From NCBI GenBank assembly GCA_963662285.2, contig CAXXMV010000002.1, positions 672,001 to 736,000 on the forward strand: a stretch of 64,000 nucleotides of DNA, read 5' to 3'. Shown here in pieces: positions 51,192-61,166 of this stretch. The notes under the pieces were generated by a model. It worked only from the letters and a program-made list of their open reading frames with translations. It searched no databases and was not told the DNA's origin. Each line of letters begins with the position of its first letter. Within the stretch, counting starts at the first letter, position 1. Origin of the DNA: a bacterium (lineage in GTDB: Bacteria; Hinthialibacterota; Hinthialibacteria; Hinthialibacterales; Hinthialibacteraceae). The translations under genes and the position numbers were made by a program.

Positions 51192-51207
51192 TGGCATAGT
51201 AATTGAG
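51192..51207 (+). promoter_or_regulatory. Sigma54-like -24/-12 promoter (variant -12)
   Basis: TGGCAT-AGTAA-TTGAG; context atttgttggcaYagta is shared with the 46165 promoter. Confidence 0.55.
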
Positions 51208-51264
51208 TTAAATACACCCCGACAACGAAAAGCGAAATTCAAAATATCTAGGGAGAGCAATAAC

Positions 51265-53406
51265 ATGAAATGGAAAAACTTGAAATTAAGTAAGAAATTC
51301 GCAGTTGGATTCGGCGCAGTATTGATTATGTTGACTATTGTTGGAGTCTGGTCTATCCAGGGTATCGGTGGAATAGTTGACAATGCAACACAAGTTATTG
51401 AAGGAAATAAGATAAAAGCTGACATGGTTCAAAAAACCGTAGATCATCTTAATTGGGCCGGTGATGTTAATAAGTTGCTCAATGATGATACGGTGCACGA
51501 ATTACATGTGCAAACGGATGATCATCTATGTGGTTTTGGCAAATGGTATTATGGAGAAGGCCGTATACATGCGGAGACTCTTGTTCCATCCTTAAAAGCC
51601 ATATTAACTAAGATTGAAGAACCGCATCATAAATTGCACCAATCAGCCATTGGCATCGCCCAAAAGTATACCGATGCGGATCAGCAATTAGGTGGTTTTT
51701 TACGTGAAAAGAAAACCGATCACCTCTCCTGGACCCATAAAGTCAAAGATGCTTTTATCGACCAAACCATAACTAAACTCGGCGTTCAGATGGATCCTAA
51801 TCAGTGTTCCCTTGGCCAATGGATGTATTCTCCTGAAACGCAAGCACTCCTCCTGAAAAGCCCGGAACTGGCTGCTGCGATCCACGCATTAGAAACTCCA
51901 CATAACAAACTCCATCAAAGCGCAGAACAAATCGAGAAACTATTGGTTGAAGGCAAGCGCGTTGAAGCCATTCAGTATTACAATGAAAATACAGAACCTG
52001 CTGCGCAGCAATGTTTAACTGACATCAATGCAATTATTAGCTGGCATGACGCTCAATTATCCGGACTGCAGGAAGCTAAGGCGATTTATGCGCAGCAAAC
52101 AGTCCCGGCGCTAGACGAAGTCAAGAGCCTCCTGGCTCAGGTGCATCAGGAAATTACTGATCACATCATGACCGACGAACAGATGTTAGCGGCAGCCACC
52201 AAGACGCGTCTAGCTGTTATTATCATCAGTATCCTGGCCATCATCATTGGAATTGCATTAGCCACCATTATTGCTAAAGGCATTCTTGGGCCAATACGTA
52301 AAGGATTATCCTTTGCGCAGATTGTTGCCAGCGGCGATTTATCTCAACAAATCGACCTGGATCAAAAAGACGAAATCGGGCAGTTGGGCAGTGCGCTTAA
52401 CGATATGTCCAAAAACCTGTGTGAAACAATGCAAGGCATTCAGCAGGGCGCCGAACAGGTGGCGGCCAGTTCAGAAGAACTTTCCGCTGCTTCTCAGAAT
52501 CTGGCCAATGGCGCAACCGAGCAGGCGGCTAGTATCGAAGAAACATCCGCTTCGATAGAAGAACTTTCATCCTCCATCGAACAAAACGCTCAAAACGCCA
52601 AAAATACGGATGAGAAAGTCAATCAAGCTACTATAATGTCTATGGAATCATTGAAAACCGCTGAAAAGGGAATCGAGCAAGTACAGGCGCTGGGCTTATC
52701 CATGAAAGAGATTCAGGAAAGTTCCAAGGAGATCGTCAATGTTATCGACCTTATCACGGACATTGCTGATCAGACCAATCTGTTGGCGCTCAACGCAGCT
52801 ATCGAAGCAGCTCGCGCTGGTGAAGCGGGTAAAGGTTTCGCGGTAGTGGCCGTCGAAGTGCGCAAACTGGCCGAACGCAGCCAGGTTGCGGCCAAAGACA
52901 TAGCCGGTAAAATCGAGAAATCCAGCCAGGGAATTGAGGAAGGCAGCCGTATGGCCTATGCCTCCAACGCAGGATTATCTGCAATCCAAAAGAGCGCAGC
53001 TGAAGTCGCAGAGGCTTTGAATGAAGCATCCCGGCTTGCCCGTGAGATTTCCGACTCCAGCATTGAACAAGCTAACGGGGCCAATCAAATCCAAACCGCT
53101 ATGCAGCAACTTGATCAGGTGACTCAGCAAAATTCATCCACTAGTGAAGAAACCGCATCAGCCAGTGAAGAACTTTCTGCGCAGGCGCAATCTTTGCAAG
53201 AAATGATCAGCAAATTCAAAATCAATAGCGATAGCGCTCCACAAGTCTTAAGGCAACCATACAATGCTCATCCGGTAATCCGACCTGAAAAACGATTAGG
53301 ATATACAAAACCCACTGTTAAATCGTGGGATAATCACCCAAAAGAAGAAGGACATTCTAATAGAATGAAGAGTGAAAAAGAAAACATAGAATTTCAGGAA
53401 TTTTAG
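51265..53406 (+). CDS. Methyl-accepting chemotaxis protein with two CZB zinc-binding domains between TM1 and TM2
   Basis: [18 protein letters not shown] and [18 protein letters not shown]; HAMP; MCP signalling domain; EFQEF tail. Confidence 0.93.
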   Translation: MKWKNLKLSKKFAVGFGAVLIMLTIVGVWSIQGIGGIVDNATQVIEGNKIKADMVQKTVDHLNWAGDVNKLLNDDTVHELHVQTDDHLCGFGKWYYGEGRIHAETLVPSLKAILTKIEEPHHKLHQSAIGIAQKYTDADQQLGGFLREKKTDHLSWTHKVKDAFIDQTITKLGVQMDPNQCSLGQWMYSPETQALLLKSPELAAAIHALETPHNKLHQSAEQIEKLLVEGKRVEAIQYYNENTEPAAQQCLTDINAIISWHDAQLSGLQEAKAIYAQQTVPALDEVKSLLAQVHQEITDHIMTDEQMLAAATKTRLAVIIISILAIIIGIALATIIAKGILGPIRKGLSFAQIVASGDLSQQIDLDQKDEIGQLGSALNDMSKNLCETMQGIQQGAEQVAASSEELSAASQNLANGATEQAASIEETSASIEELSSSIEQNAQNAKNTDEKVNQATIMSMESLKTAEKGIEQVQALGLSMKEIQESSKEIVNVIDLITDIADQTNLLALNAAIEAARAGEAGKGFAVVAVEVRKLAERSQVAAKDIAGKIEKSSQGIEEGSRMAYASNAGLSAIQKSAAEVAEALNEASRLAREISDSSIEQANGANQIQTAMQQLDQVTQQNSSTSEETASASEELSAQAQSLQEMISKFKINSDSAPQVLRQPYNAHPVIRPEKRLGYTKPTVKSWDNHPKEEGHSNRMKSEKENIEFQEF

Positions 53407-53430
53407 TAACAATCCACTCCCCAATGGCAG

Positions 53431-53466
53431 ACCCCTCTTTTAATCCCCAAAAGAGGGTTTTTTTTT
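53431..53466 (+). terminator. Rho-independent terminator
   Basis: ccctctttt...aaaagaggg followed by a T-run; homologous to the terminator at 50688. Confidence 0.85.
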
Positions 53467-53798
53467 GGGGTTGCATATTGGCGAAGGTAACGTAAACATG
53501 ATTAAATAAATATCTCCTGATTTATATAATCGCCATATCATAGGCATTGGGGAGATTCAAAAAAACAACTATCATCCCCTCTTGTCTTTATTTTTATCAA
53601 CAGTTAGAGCGATTCTCAAAACAACGTGCGTTAATGCGGTTGTTAAAAGTCCCCCAAAGATGGAACTTTTAACAAATCTAAAGTTTTCAATGCATATATA
53701 TTTTTGTTAACCGCTATAACCAAAGATATTTTCACAGATTACTCTGCTATAATTATAATAGAAAAAAATTCGTAACCGATTTTTAACGGATCACATAA

Positions 53799-54125
53799 AT
53801 GAGCAAACGGCGTGATGAATATAACAAAGCACTGGATCGCCTGACCAAGTTTCTGGAAATGTTCTTTAAACTTGAGTCGATCCCTTCTAAAGATGATATC
53901 CTGGATGAATACAAATCTATTACGCAATTTCGTAATATACCGGTAAAGATTGATTTTTATGATCAGCCGCTTGATTCAGATGAAGGATACTTTTTCATGG
54001 TCGGAGAAGAATTCGAACGCTTCGATGATGTATTGCCGGTGGCAATGCATATCACTCTTCTTCCCAATTCTATCGATGAACCAAAAGAACTTAACCGCTA
54101 TTTTACCTCTCTCCACATTAATTAG
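53799..54125 (+). CDS. Hypothetical protein
   Basis: 108-aa ATG ORF with protein-like composition; no recognised motif. Confidence 0.55.
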   Translation: MSKRRDEYNKALDRLTKFLEMFFKLESIPSKDDILDEYKSITQFRNIPVKIDFYDQPLDSDEGYFFMVGEEFERFDDVLPVAMHITLLPNSIDEPKELNRYFTSLHIN

Positions 54126-54244
54126 TTTTCACCTGGAAATATCCCTTTAACTCGTTTCCTTTAAATTTTGTTTCTGTTCTAAGCATAATTGATGTATTAT
54201 ATTCCTGTAGTATTAATTTCTATCAGGAAGGATTTGGTATTCTC

Positions 54245-55522
54245 ATGAACAAAATTGATTTATCTAAGTTTTTATGTGCAGGTCTAATGCTTTTCTGTTA
54301 TGCAGCAGTATCGCCGTCTTATTCAGCGCCATTACCCCAACAGTTTCCCGACGTGGCTTATAATTCAACCGATAACAACTTTTTAGTGGTTTGGGAAAAT
54401 GTTTTCAGCGATGACATATATGATATTGCCGGCGCTGTGATTGATGCTGATGCCATAGGAAAGCCTATTGTCGAATCTGTCATCTTGTTAACTGGAGGCG
54501 AAAGCATCGAAGCCCCGGAAATTGCTTACAACAGCACCGCTAATGAATATTTATTAGTGGCGCGGCGTAAAAGCGACTATATCGTTTTAGCGCAACGCGT
54601 CTCTGCTGCAGGGCAGCCAGTGGGCGACACAGTCGAACTGGGACGCAGCGGCGGCCCAACCTTCTTTGATCCCGGAGGACGCGCCCGTGTGGCTTCAGTG
54701 GCTTATAATTCTACTGAAGACCGTTATATCGTCGGACTCGATGATCCTATGTTAGTTCAAATTCTTCTGCCTGATCTGGAACTCGATCTCATAAGCGATC
54801 AACTCGGTCCGGGAACCAATCCTACTATCGCCTGGTCCAGTCAAAGCAATATTTATATCATGGCCTGGGAAGACCGCGCGATTCGTAACACTGGCAGCGA
54901 GAATTTAAGCGCCGTATTGATATCGAACTATGCTGAAGCTGATAGCGATATTATCTACGTCCGGGATCAGGATTTCGCCGAAGAGTCCCCCCGCGTCGCT
55001 TATAATCCTGATGATGATCAGTTCCTGATTGTCTGGGATGAACGGATTGGTTATTCAGATACGGCAGTTATCAAATCGAGAACCGACACTATCGGTCAAA
55101 TCGTCGCGGCGGATGGTTCACTTATCGGCGATCCGATTCCTATTGAAGCCGATACGCCCTACACCCTGCGCCAGGATATTGATTACAATCCCACATCACA
55201 AATTTATCTTGTGGTTTGGAAAGGCGATCCCAGCGGTGAATTCGCTTTCGCCGATATCTATGGTAGATTCATAAACCGCGATGGTTCTCTAAATGGTCCT
55301 GAATTTCTGATTTTTGATGATGGTGATGATAATACTGGCGATTCCGAGCAACGCTATTACGATGAATCCAAACATCCAGTAGTGGCAGCCAACCCTCAAA
55401 CCGGAACATTCCTGGTAGTATGGGAAGAAAGCGGAACAACCCAGAATCCTGAAGACCGCCATGTACTGTCTCTCGACATTGCTCCTCCTGGCACAACAGT
55501 TTCTGACTGGTCGTTGTTTTAG
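54245..55522 (+). CDS. Secreted repeat (beta-propeller-like) protein with C-terminal WSLF motif
   Basis: Signal peptide; about seven P.[VI]AYN....[YF]L[VI]VW blades; ends GTTVSDWSLF. Confidence 0.8.
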   Translation: MNKIDLSKFLCAGLMLFCYAAVSPSYSAPLPQQFPDVAYNSTDNNFLVVWENVFSDDIYDIAGAVIDADAIGKPIVESVILLTGGESIEAPEIAYNSTANEYLLVARRKSDYIVLAQRVSAAGQPVGDTVELGRSGGPTFFDPGGRARVASVAYNSTEDRYIVGLDDPMLVQILLPDLELDLISDQLGPGTNPTIAWSSQSNIYIMAWEDRAIRNTGSENLSAVLISNYAEADSDIIYVRDQDFAEESPRVAYNPDDDQFLIVWDERIGYSDTAVIKSRTDTIGQIVAADGSLIGDPIPIEADTPYTLRQDIDYNPTSQIYLVVWKGDPSGEFAFADIYGRFINRDGSLNGPEFLIFDDGDDNTGDSEQRYYDESKHPVVAANPQTGTFLVVWEESGTTQNPEDRHVLSLDIAPPGTTVSDWSLF

Positions 55523-55558
55523 TTGATTTAGAGCGATACTGAAAAAATTATTTAAAAT

Positions 55559-55587
55559 CCGAAACGTGACTTCAAGTCACGTTTCGG
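55559..55587. terminator. Hairpin, likely bidirectional terminator
   Basis: ccgaaacgtgactt-c-aagtcacgtttcgg. Confidence 0.7.
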
Positions 55588-55594
55588 TGATTTA

Positions 55595-55690
55595 TTAACC
55601 ATTTTCTTTTGAATACTCTAAATCACAAACCACCATCCGATCATCAGAAGCCTGGCTTTGCTTCGCAACCACGGCTTGTGGTTGGAAATG
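55595..55690 (-). pseudogene. Duplicated 3' end of the EEP gene (68-bp direct repeat of 56625-56692)
   Basis: 55623-55690 equals 56625-56692 at 67/68 positions; reads HFQPQAVVAKQSQASDDRMVVCDLEYSKENG*. Confidence 0.9.
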
Positions 55691-55873
55691 ATGACCTGCC
55701 CTAAACGGAAAATGGCGTCCTGGGTTACTGATCTATTGCGCAGTGCGGCAAGAAGCGACAGTATCGATAATTCCTCTTGACTTTTAGTTTTTGTGAGTTC
55801 TAATCTTATTTGAATGAAATCTAAATAAGTAATATTTATCATGCATTATTACGACTTGAAGGGAGAAGGTTAG

Positions 55874-56068
55874 ATGGCGGAAAATATCCAAACATCAACC
55901 GAGTCCAACCGAAATAAAATAGCAAGTAGTCTTACTACACCGAACAAAGAAGAGTATTTAACCCAAGAACAGGCCGATCAAAATTTTGATGATTTTTTTG
56001 ATGCTCATGGTGATGATCTTCGTTCTGCTATGAAAATTTTGGAAGGCGAAAGGGATGAAAAAATCTAA
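55874..56068 (+). CDS. Small acidic hypothetical protein (antitoxin-like)
   Basis: Purine-rich SD-like sequence upstream, 64 aa, overlaps the next ORF by 14 nt. Confidence 0.55.
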   Translation: MAENIQTSTESNRNKIASSLTTPNKEEYLTQEQADQNFDDFFDAHGDDLRSAMKILEGERDEKI

Positions 56069-56549
56069 AACTAACACTACAAATAGATCTGAGCATTTCG
56101 AATTTTCAAAACAATGGATAATTGCAAAACTTGGAATCTTAGAAAAACGATTAAATTGTAAACTTTATTATCTTGCAGATGTAATTGATGAGATTGTTAT
56201 GCATTACAAGCGTGATATCGGAAAATACCAAGCTCCCAATCATATTAAACATGCATCCCTCATAACATTCTGGATAAAAAAGTTAAAACCCATCTCACTA
56301 CATAAAGAAACTGATATTTATATCAATGAAATATTTGCATTGGCATGTTCTGCAGCAGTTTTGGGCACGCACTATACTGCTGTAGGTTTGGATACTAATC
56401 GTTTCGTAGAATTGATTCATATGCTTCGTTATGGATTCGTATCACCAAGGACGCTTTTTTTGATTTTCGGGCTTTTATATGTTCCAAATAATGAACTCAG
56501 TGTTTTTTGTCTGAAAATTAGACGTATATGTGAAAAGCATTCTCAGTAA
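56055..56549 (+). CDS. Hypothetical helical protein (candidate toxin partner)
   Basis: 164 aa, translationally coupled to 55874..56068; KHASLITFWIKKLKPI and INEIFA segments. Confidence 0.6.
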   Translation: MKKSKTNTTNRSEHFEFSKQWIIAKLGILEKRLNCKLYYLADVIDEIVMHYKRDIGKYQAPNHIKHASLITFWIKKLKPISLHKETDIYINEIFALACSAAVLGTHYTAVGLDTNRFVELIHMLRYGFVSPRTLFLIFGLLYVPNNELSVFCLKIRRICEKHSQ

Positions 56550-56605
56550 GGTCGCCCAGGGCCGTCTCCACTCGAAAACTATGGATAAACGAAATCATTA
56601 TCTAA

Positions 56606-57631
56606 CTACCTTTTAGTGATCAAGTCACAAACCACCATCCGATGATCAGAAGCCTGGCTTTGCTTCGCAACCACGGCTTGTGGTTGGAAATGCCCACTTG
56701 CCCAGATTTGATCAAAGCGCATAACCGGAAAATCATTAAGCATAGTATTGCCCCAACCAATGCCAGCCAAGGCGAAGCAATCCTGAAGTTTGTCATGTAG
56801 AGGTTGCAGGATTCTGTTCCCTGCCGGGACGTTAAAATCACCACCGATGATTAGTGGAATTTCTGGAGGAATATCTTTTATGTAAACCAAAATTTCATCA
56901 ATCTGTTTTTGCTGCCTCTCGCGGCTGTTTTGATGATCCCGCCAGCATGAAGAATTCCAGAAATCATAACCATTCTCCGGCGCCTGGAGATGTAAACTAA
57001 TCATTTCTATTTCACGTCCGGAATGCAACCTGATTCGGGCGGGAAGAAAATAATGCAGGTGAGACGGTAGGTTTTTGGAAAGATTCACTTCACCTTTGGC
57101 AATGATAGTAGAATCGCCGCTGGTATATGAACTGGCCTTATCTCCGAATAACTTTGTTTGCAGAATATTGATTTGATCGGGATTCACCGTTTCCTGCATG
57201 AGAATTATATCGGGTTTTAAGGCCTCATTTTGGATCAACGTTTCAATATCACGGCCTGCGCAATTGAATGAAACAATACGAATTGCATCACCGTTCTCTT
57301 GTTTCTCCACCCAATCGGCTGATGGCCAGGGAACAAATAAACCTCTAATAATGCTTTTGGATTCTTCTTGAAAAAGCACTAGAAAACATAACCAGAAAAG
57401 AATAAAACCAATCCCCCATAATACCCGCTTGTTAAAAAATAATAGGATCAATAATAAAAAACCAGGAAGGCTATAAATCCAAGGTGGAAAAAACAAAATG
57501 ACATCGCAAGATTCCAATTGAAAAGTGAACACTGAAATAAGAGAAATTCCATATATAACAGATCCCGTAATAATGATTATGGGAATCAATTTACTTGTTC
57601 TAGAAATAATATCTTTTAAATTAATCATCAT
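56606..57631 (-). CDS. Membrane-anchored endonuclease/exonuclease/phosphatase (EEP) family protein
   Basis: Three N-terminal TMs; SFNC, DIILMQE, GGDFN, RFDQIW, SDH. Confidence 0.9.
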   Translation of the reverse strand: MMINLKDIISRTSKLIPIIIITGSVIYGISLISVFTFQLESCDVILFFPPWIYSLPGFLLLILLFFNKRVLWGIGFILFWLCFLVLFQEESKSIIRGLFVPWPSADWVEKQENGDAIRIVSFNCAGRDIETLIQNEALKPDIILMQETVNPDQINILQTKLFGDKASSYTSGDSTIIAKGEVNLSKNLPSHLHYFLPARIRLHSGREIEMISLHLQAPENGYDFWNSSCWRDHQNSRERQQKQIDEILVYIKDIPPEIPLIIGGDFNVPAGNRILQPLHDKLQDCFALAGIGWGNTMLNDFPVMRFDQIWASGHFQPQAVVAKQSQASDHRMVVCDLITKR

Positions 57632-57797
57632 TTAATTTTCCCATGCACCGTTCAAGAACATTCATCGCATGATCCAGAATTACTCCTATTTTTCCAGATA
57701 TCGCATCACGCAACAAGTCTACCAGAATTATCCGGTAGGCTCTAAGTATTTCTATTTCTTTGGATTTTGTATCAAATTTTCGGGGAAGGCTGAAATT

Positions 57798-57846
57798 TGG
57801 ACCCACCATGACTCGAACCAGGGACCTACCGGTTATGAGCCGGTGG
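57798..57846 (-). pseudogene. 3' half of tRNA-Ile2 (CAT), probable att junction
   Basis: Minus strand accgg-ct-CAT-aa-ccggt anticodon arm, aggtc, cctgg-TTCGAGT-catgg (imperfect T stem), tgggtcca; no D arm or 5' acceptor strand. Confidence 0.8.
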
Positions 57847-58111
57847 TATCCATATTATAACTATTGAAATATCAATTAGTTACAGACCAATAAAGAGAGA
57901 CATGTTACAATTTGTATGACAATATGTTGATTTATGGGGTGAAGAGTAATGGTTTAACTGGCTCTCGATAAAATCACTGTTGTATTTACTTGTATAAAAC
58001 CTAGATCATCAATCTACAATTATCCCCATGATCTATTGACCGATTGATGGATTTTGTTATGGTAGCATTTATCGTTGAGACAACAGGGGAGGGAATTCTA
58101 ATTGTCTCTAA

Positions 58112-58330
58112 TCAGGCGTTGGTGGTTCCATACTGTTGATGATTGGTGAGCGTCACGATTTTTAGTTGCTTGCTTTCATCCCAGACCACAACGATCCCGA
58201 TAGAGGTGACTGCCTGCATTGTAATAACGAGAATATGTAAAGCGATAAGACTGGAAGAATAGACCATATCGGACTTCGTTTCTGTGCTTTTTTTATGCAA
58301 ATTTACTTTAGCATTGGGGCGTATGGCGTT
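58112..58330 (-). pseudogene. IS4-family transposase remnant
   Basis: IVVVWDESKQLKIVTLTNHQQYGTT resembles the IS4 segment that precedes the Y..RW.IE motif. Confidence 0.55.
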
Positions 58331-58379
58331 CTTTTTCTATATCAATTTGTGATTTTTCCTTGGATAGGTGTGAGTTTCT

Positions 58380-60287
58380 ATGAAATATTTAAATGAATTT
58401 CATGATTGGTTTTTCCTTCGCCCTCAATACAGCCTCATCGTTAAAATGAAACTTCTAGTATTGGCTATATTGATCTTGATAATTTATTTTCCTTCCTTGT
58501 TTGCTCCATTCTATTTTGATGATTTTGTTTCCATCTTGGATAATCCTAGAATACATCAACTTTCAAATATTTTAGAAATCATGAAAATGTATTTTACAGG
58601 TCGTGGTTTAGTTCAAATCACATTAGCAGTTGATTGGTTTATCTATTCAGGACAATCTTATGGATTTCATCTCACCAATGTTTTCTTTCATATAGCGGTC
58701 ACATATTTGGTTTATATAATCACTAATAAAATCTGGGAGATTTTGAATTTTCCTAAAAACAACGGCAATAAATACTTTGATGTAGGATTTTTTTCCGCCC
58801 TCTTTTTTGCAGTGCATACTATCAATACTGAAACCGTTACTTATATAATATCTCGTTCCGGTCAATTGGCCACAATTGTTTTTTTGATCTTTTATTTTTC
58901 ATCAATTCATAAATTTCACATTCTGATAAAAAATGAATCAACAATTTGGAATTCGCTTTATGATTTACTTATTATTTCGATTTTAATTATTCTAGGAGTA
59001 TTTATAGGTGTAGGAGCAAAGGAAACAATTGTCACTCTACCTTTTATTTTTTTATTAACTATTTGGATTTCATATAAAAAAAATTGGATTTTTATATCTA
59101 AGAGATTATTTGTGATATTCCTTCCTGTAATTGCCGGATATTTCATATATTTCTTGATTCGAAAGTTCTTAATGGGAGGATTTTTCAATTTCCCTGATAT
59201 TGAAATACGAACCCCTTTTGAAAATCTATTAAGTCAAATTTGTGTAATTGCTTTTTATTACATACCACGGATTTTATATCCTATAAAATTAAATATCGAT
59301 CCGGAAGTGGTAACAATTAATTCTATCTACTCTGCATTTTTCCTGAAATCATTTCTTGTTCTTTTCTTTTTAGTATTTATTTCTCTATGGATGCGAAGAA
59401 GAAAACCGATAATAACACTATCCATATTTTGGTTGTTTATAACATTAGCCCCAACATCATCGTTCATTCCTTTATTTGATTTAGCTGCAGAAAGAAGAGT
59501 TTACTTACCTATGATTGGAATCTCTCTACTTTTTGGATTTGCTTTTTATTATTTACATATGTGGAAAAAACAAAAAGCGAAATTTATTATAGTAACTATT
59601 ATTTTTATTTATTTATTCAACTTATCTATATTTACATTTCTAAGAAATCTTGAATTCACGAATCCTAAACAAATTTGGTATAAAAGCGCTATTTTATCGC
59701 CAACTAAAATTAGACCATTCCGACATTATCTATATTACCTTATTGATGAAGGCAATACTAAGGGGGCAATTTCAGCAATAACACGTGAGTACAAAGGTGT
59801 GACGATAATGAAACGAAATATTGACATTGACAATCTAGAATTTTTAATAGGTTTCATGATACCTCAAAATTTACATGTTGATTACATTGTTAAAATCGCA
59901 GAACAATTCGTCCTTAAGTATCCAAAAAATCTAAAGACTATGGAAACTCTGCAAGTGGCTTATTTGTTGACAAAAAGAAATGATGAATTAGAAAAGATTG
60001 TCCTAAAAACCTTAGAAATACATCCCAGGAGTGTTAAATCTTTACAAAATCTGGCTTATTTATATAAAATTAAAGGAGATAATAAAAAAGCAATTCAAAT
60101 ATTAGAGGAAACTCTAATTATCAAGCCTGATAACCTACCAGTATTAATGGAATTGCTTTCATTGTATAAATCTATAGGTATCAATGCACTCAATATTGAA
60201 CAAAAGGTTAATGAGATTCAGAAATATAAAAAGTTGTTTTATTATGGATTTGTACCAAGTCAACCGCATGAAATAATCTCAAAATAA
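58380..60287 (+). CDS. TMTC-like GT-C glycosyltransferase (putative protein O-mannosyltransferase) with TPR-like tail
   Basis: FYFDD, FHLTNVFFH, HTINTETVTYIISRS, AKE, AERRVYLP; multi-pass; helical C-terminus. Confidence 0.8.
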   Translation: MKYLNEFHDWFFLRPQYSLIVKMKLLVLAILILIIYFPSLFAPFYFDDFVSILDNPRIHQLSNILEIMKMYFTGRGLVQITLAVDWFIYSGQSYGFHLTNVFFHIAVTYLVYIITNKIWEILNFPKNNGNKYFDVGFFSALFFAVHTINTETVTYIISRSGQLATIVFLIFYFSSIHKFHILIKNESTIWNSLYDLLIISILIILGVFIGVGAKETIVTLPFIFLLTIWISYKKNWIFISKRLFVIFLPVIAGYFIYFLIRKFLMGGFFNFPDIEIRTPFENLLSQICVIAFYYIPRILYPIKLNIDPEVVTINSIYSAFFLKSFLVLFFLVFISLWMRRRKPIITLSIFWLFITLAPTSSFIPLFDLAAERRVYLPMIGISLLFGFAFYYLHMWKKQKAKFIIVTIIFIYLFNLSIFTFLRNLEFTNPKQIWYKSAILSPTKIRPFRHYLYYLIDEGNTKGAISAITREYKGVTIMKRNIDIDNLEFLIGFMIPQNLHVDYIVKIAEQFVLKYPKNLKTMETLQVAYLLTKRNDELEKIVLKTLEIHPRSVKSLQNLAYLYKIKGDNKKAIQILEETLIIKPDNLPVLMELLSLYKSIGINALNIEQKVNEIQKYKKLFYYGFVPSQPHEIISK

Positions 60288-60392
60288 GGCCTCCCCAACC
60301 ATTTCCGACTGGAGCAATACAGTTTTGCCGGATTGATGGATTTGTAAAGCATCTTTGGTTACAATGGTTTAATCTCAAATGGGAGAACCTCT

Positions 60393-61166
60393 ATGGATTA
60401 TAAAGAGAAGATTGGTAAAGAACGAGAATGGTACCAGCAAACCATCCACAAAAATCGGTTATGGCATAATCCGTTTTTTTATTCTATGGATCGTATTCTT
60501 TTTAATTATGAATTCCCCCGCGTGCAATTAGCTGATTTGATCACTTCCAATTTTCCAGAAGGATCGATTCTTTTGGCGGCGCCATGCGGCGTCGGTGATG
60601 ATGTAAAATATTTGAATGGCAATTTTATTAATACCATTGGAATTGATATATCGCATGATGCTTTAAGGAACGAAACGAATCGTTTCTTGAAAATACAATG
60701 CGATGTGAAGGATTTGTGTTTTTTGCCTGAGACGTTTGATTGCGTTCTTTCTTCTTTGTTCCTGCATCACTATCCTGAAGAGTATTATTCTGAATTTCTT
60801 TCTGCGATCTACCATGTGACCAAGCCGGGAGGGCGTGTTTTTATAATGGAACCGTCAATGTATTACCCGCTCAATGTGCTTACCAGGCCGATCAAATATC
60901 TTTTCAATAATCCCTACGGCGAAATAGAGGATGAAGGACCAGTAAATCCCCGTAAGATTGTTCGCGCATTACGAACGAGTGGTTTTGAAGAGGTCAGTGT
61001 ACGAGCTGCCACGTTCAGCCATTGTTCGTTTTTTCGCCCATTGGCCAACACAATCAATTTTACCACAAAACCGCTGCTTAGGCTCTTCCCATTTTCATAT
61101 TGCGGGTGGTTTGTTATTGTGTCAGGACAACGGCCTCATTTCGTTGAACGGGGCGCTGTTAGCTAA
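60393..61166 (+). CDS. Class I SAM-dependent methyltransferase
   Basis: LAAPCGVG, GIDIS, FDCVLSSLFLHH, KPGG. Confidence 0.85.
   Translation: MDYKEKIGKEREWYQQTIHKNRLWHNPFFYSMDRILFNYEFPRVQLADLITSNFPEGSILLAAPCGVGDDVKYLNGNFINTIGIDISHDALRNETNRFLKIQCDVKDLCFLPETFDCVLSSLFLHHYPEEYYSEFLSAIYHVTKPGGRVFIMEPSMYYPLNVLTRPIKYLFNNPYGEIEDEGPVNPRKIVRALRTSGFEEVSVRAATFSHCSFFRPLANTINFTTKPLLRLFPFSYCGWFVIVSGQRPHFVERGAVS

Noticed and set aside
57798-57846. Functional tRNA gene
   Set aside because: The 5' acceptor strand and D arm are absent and the T stem is mismatched; treated as an att remnant.
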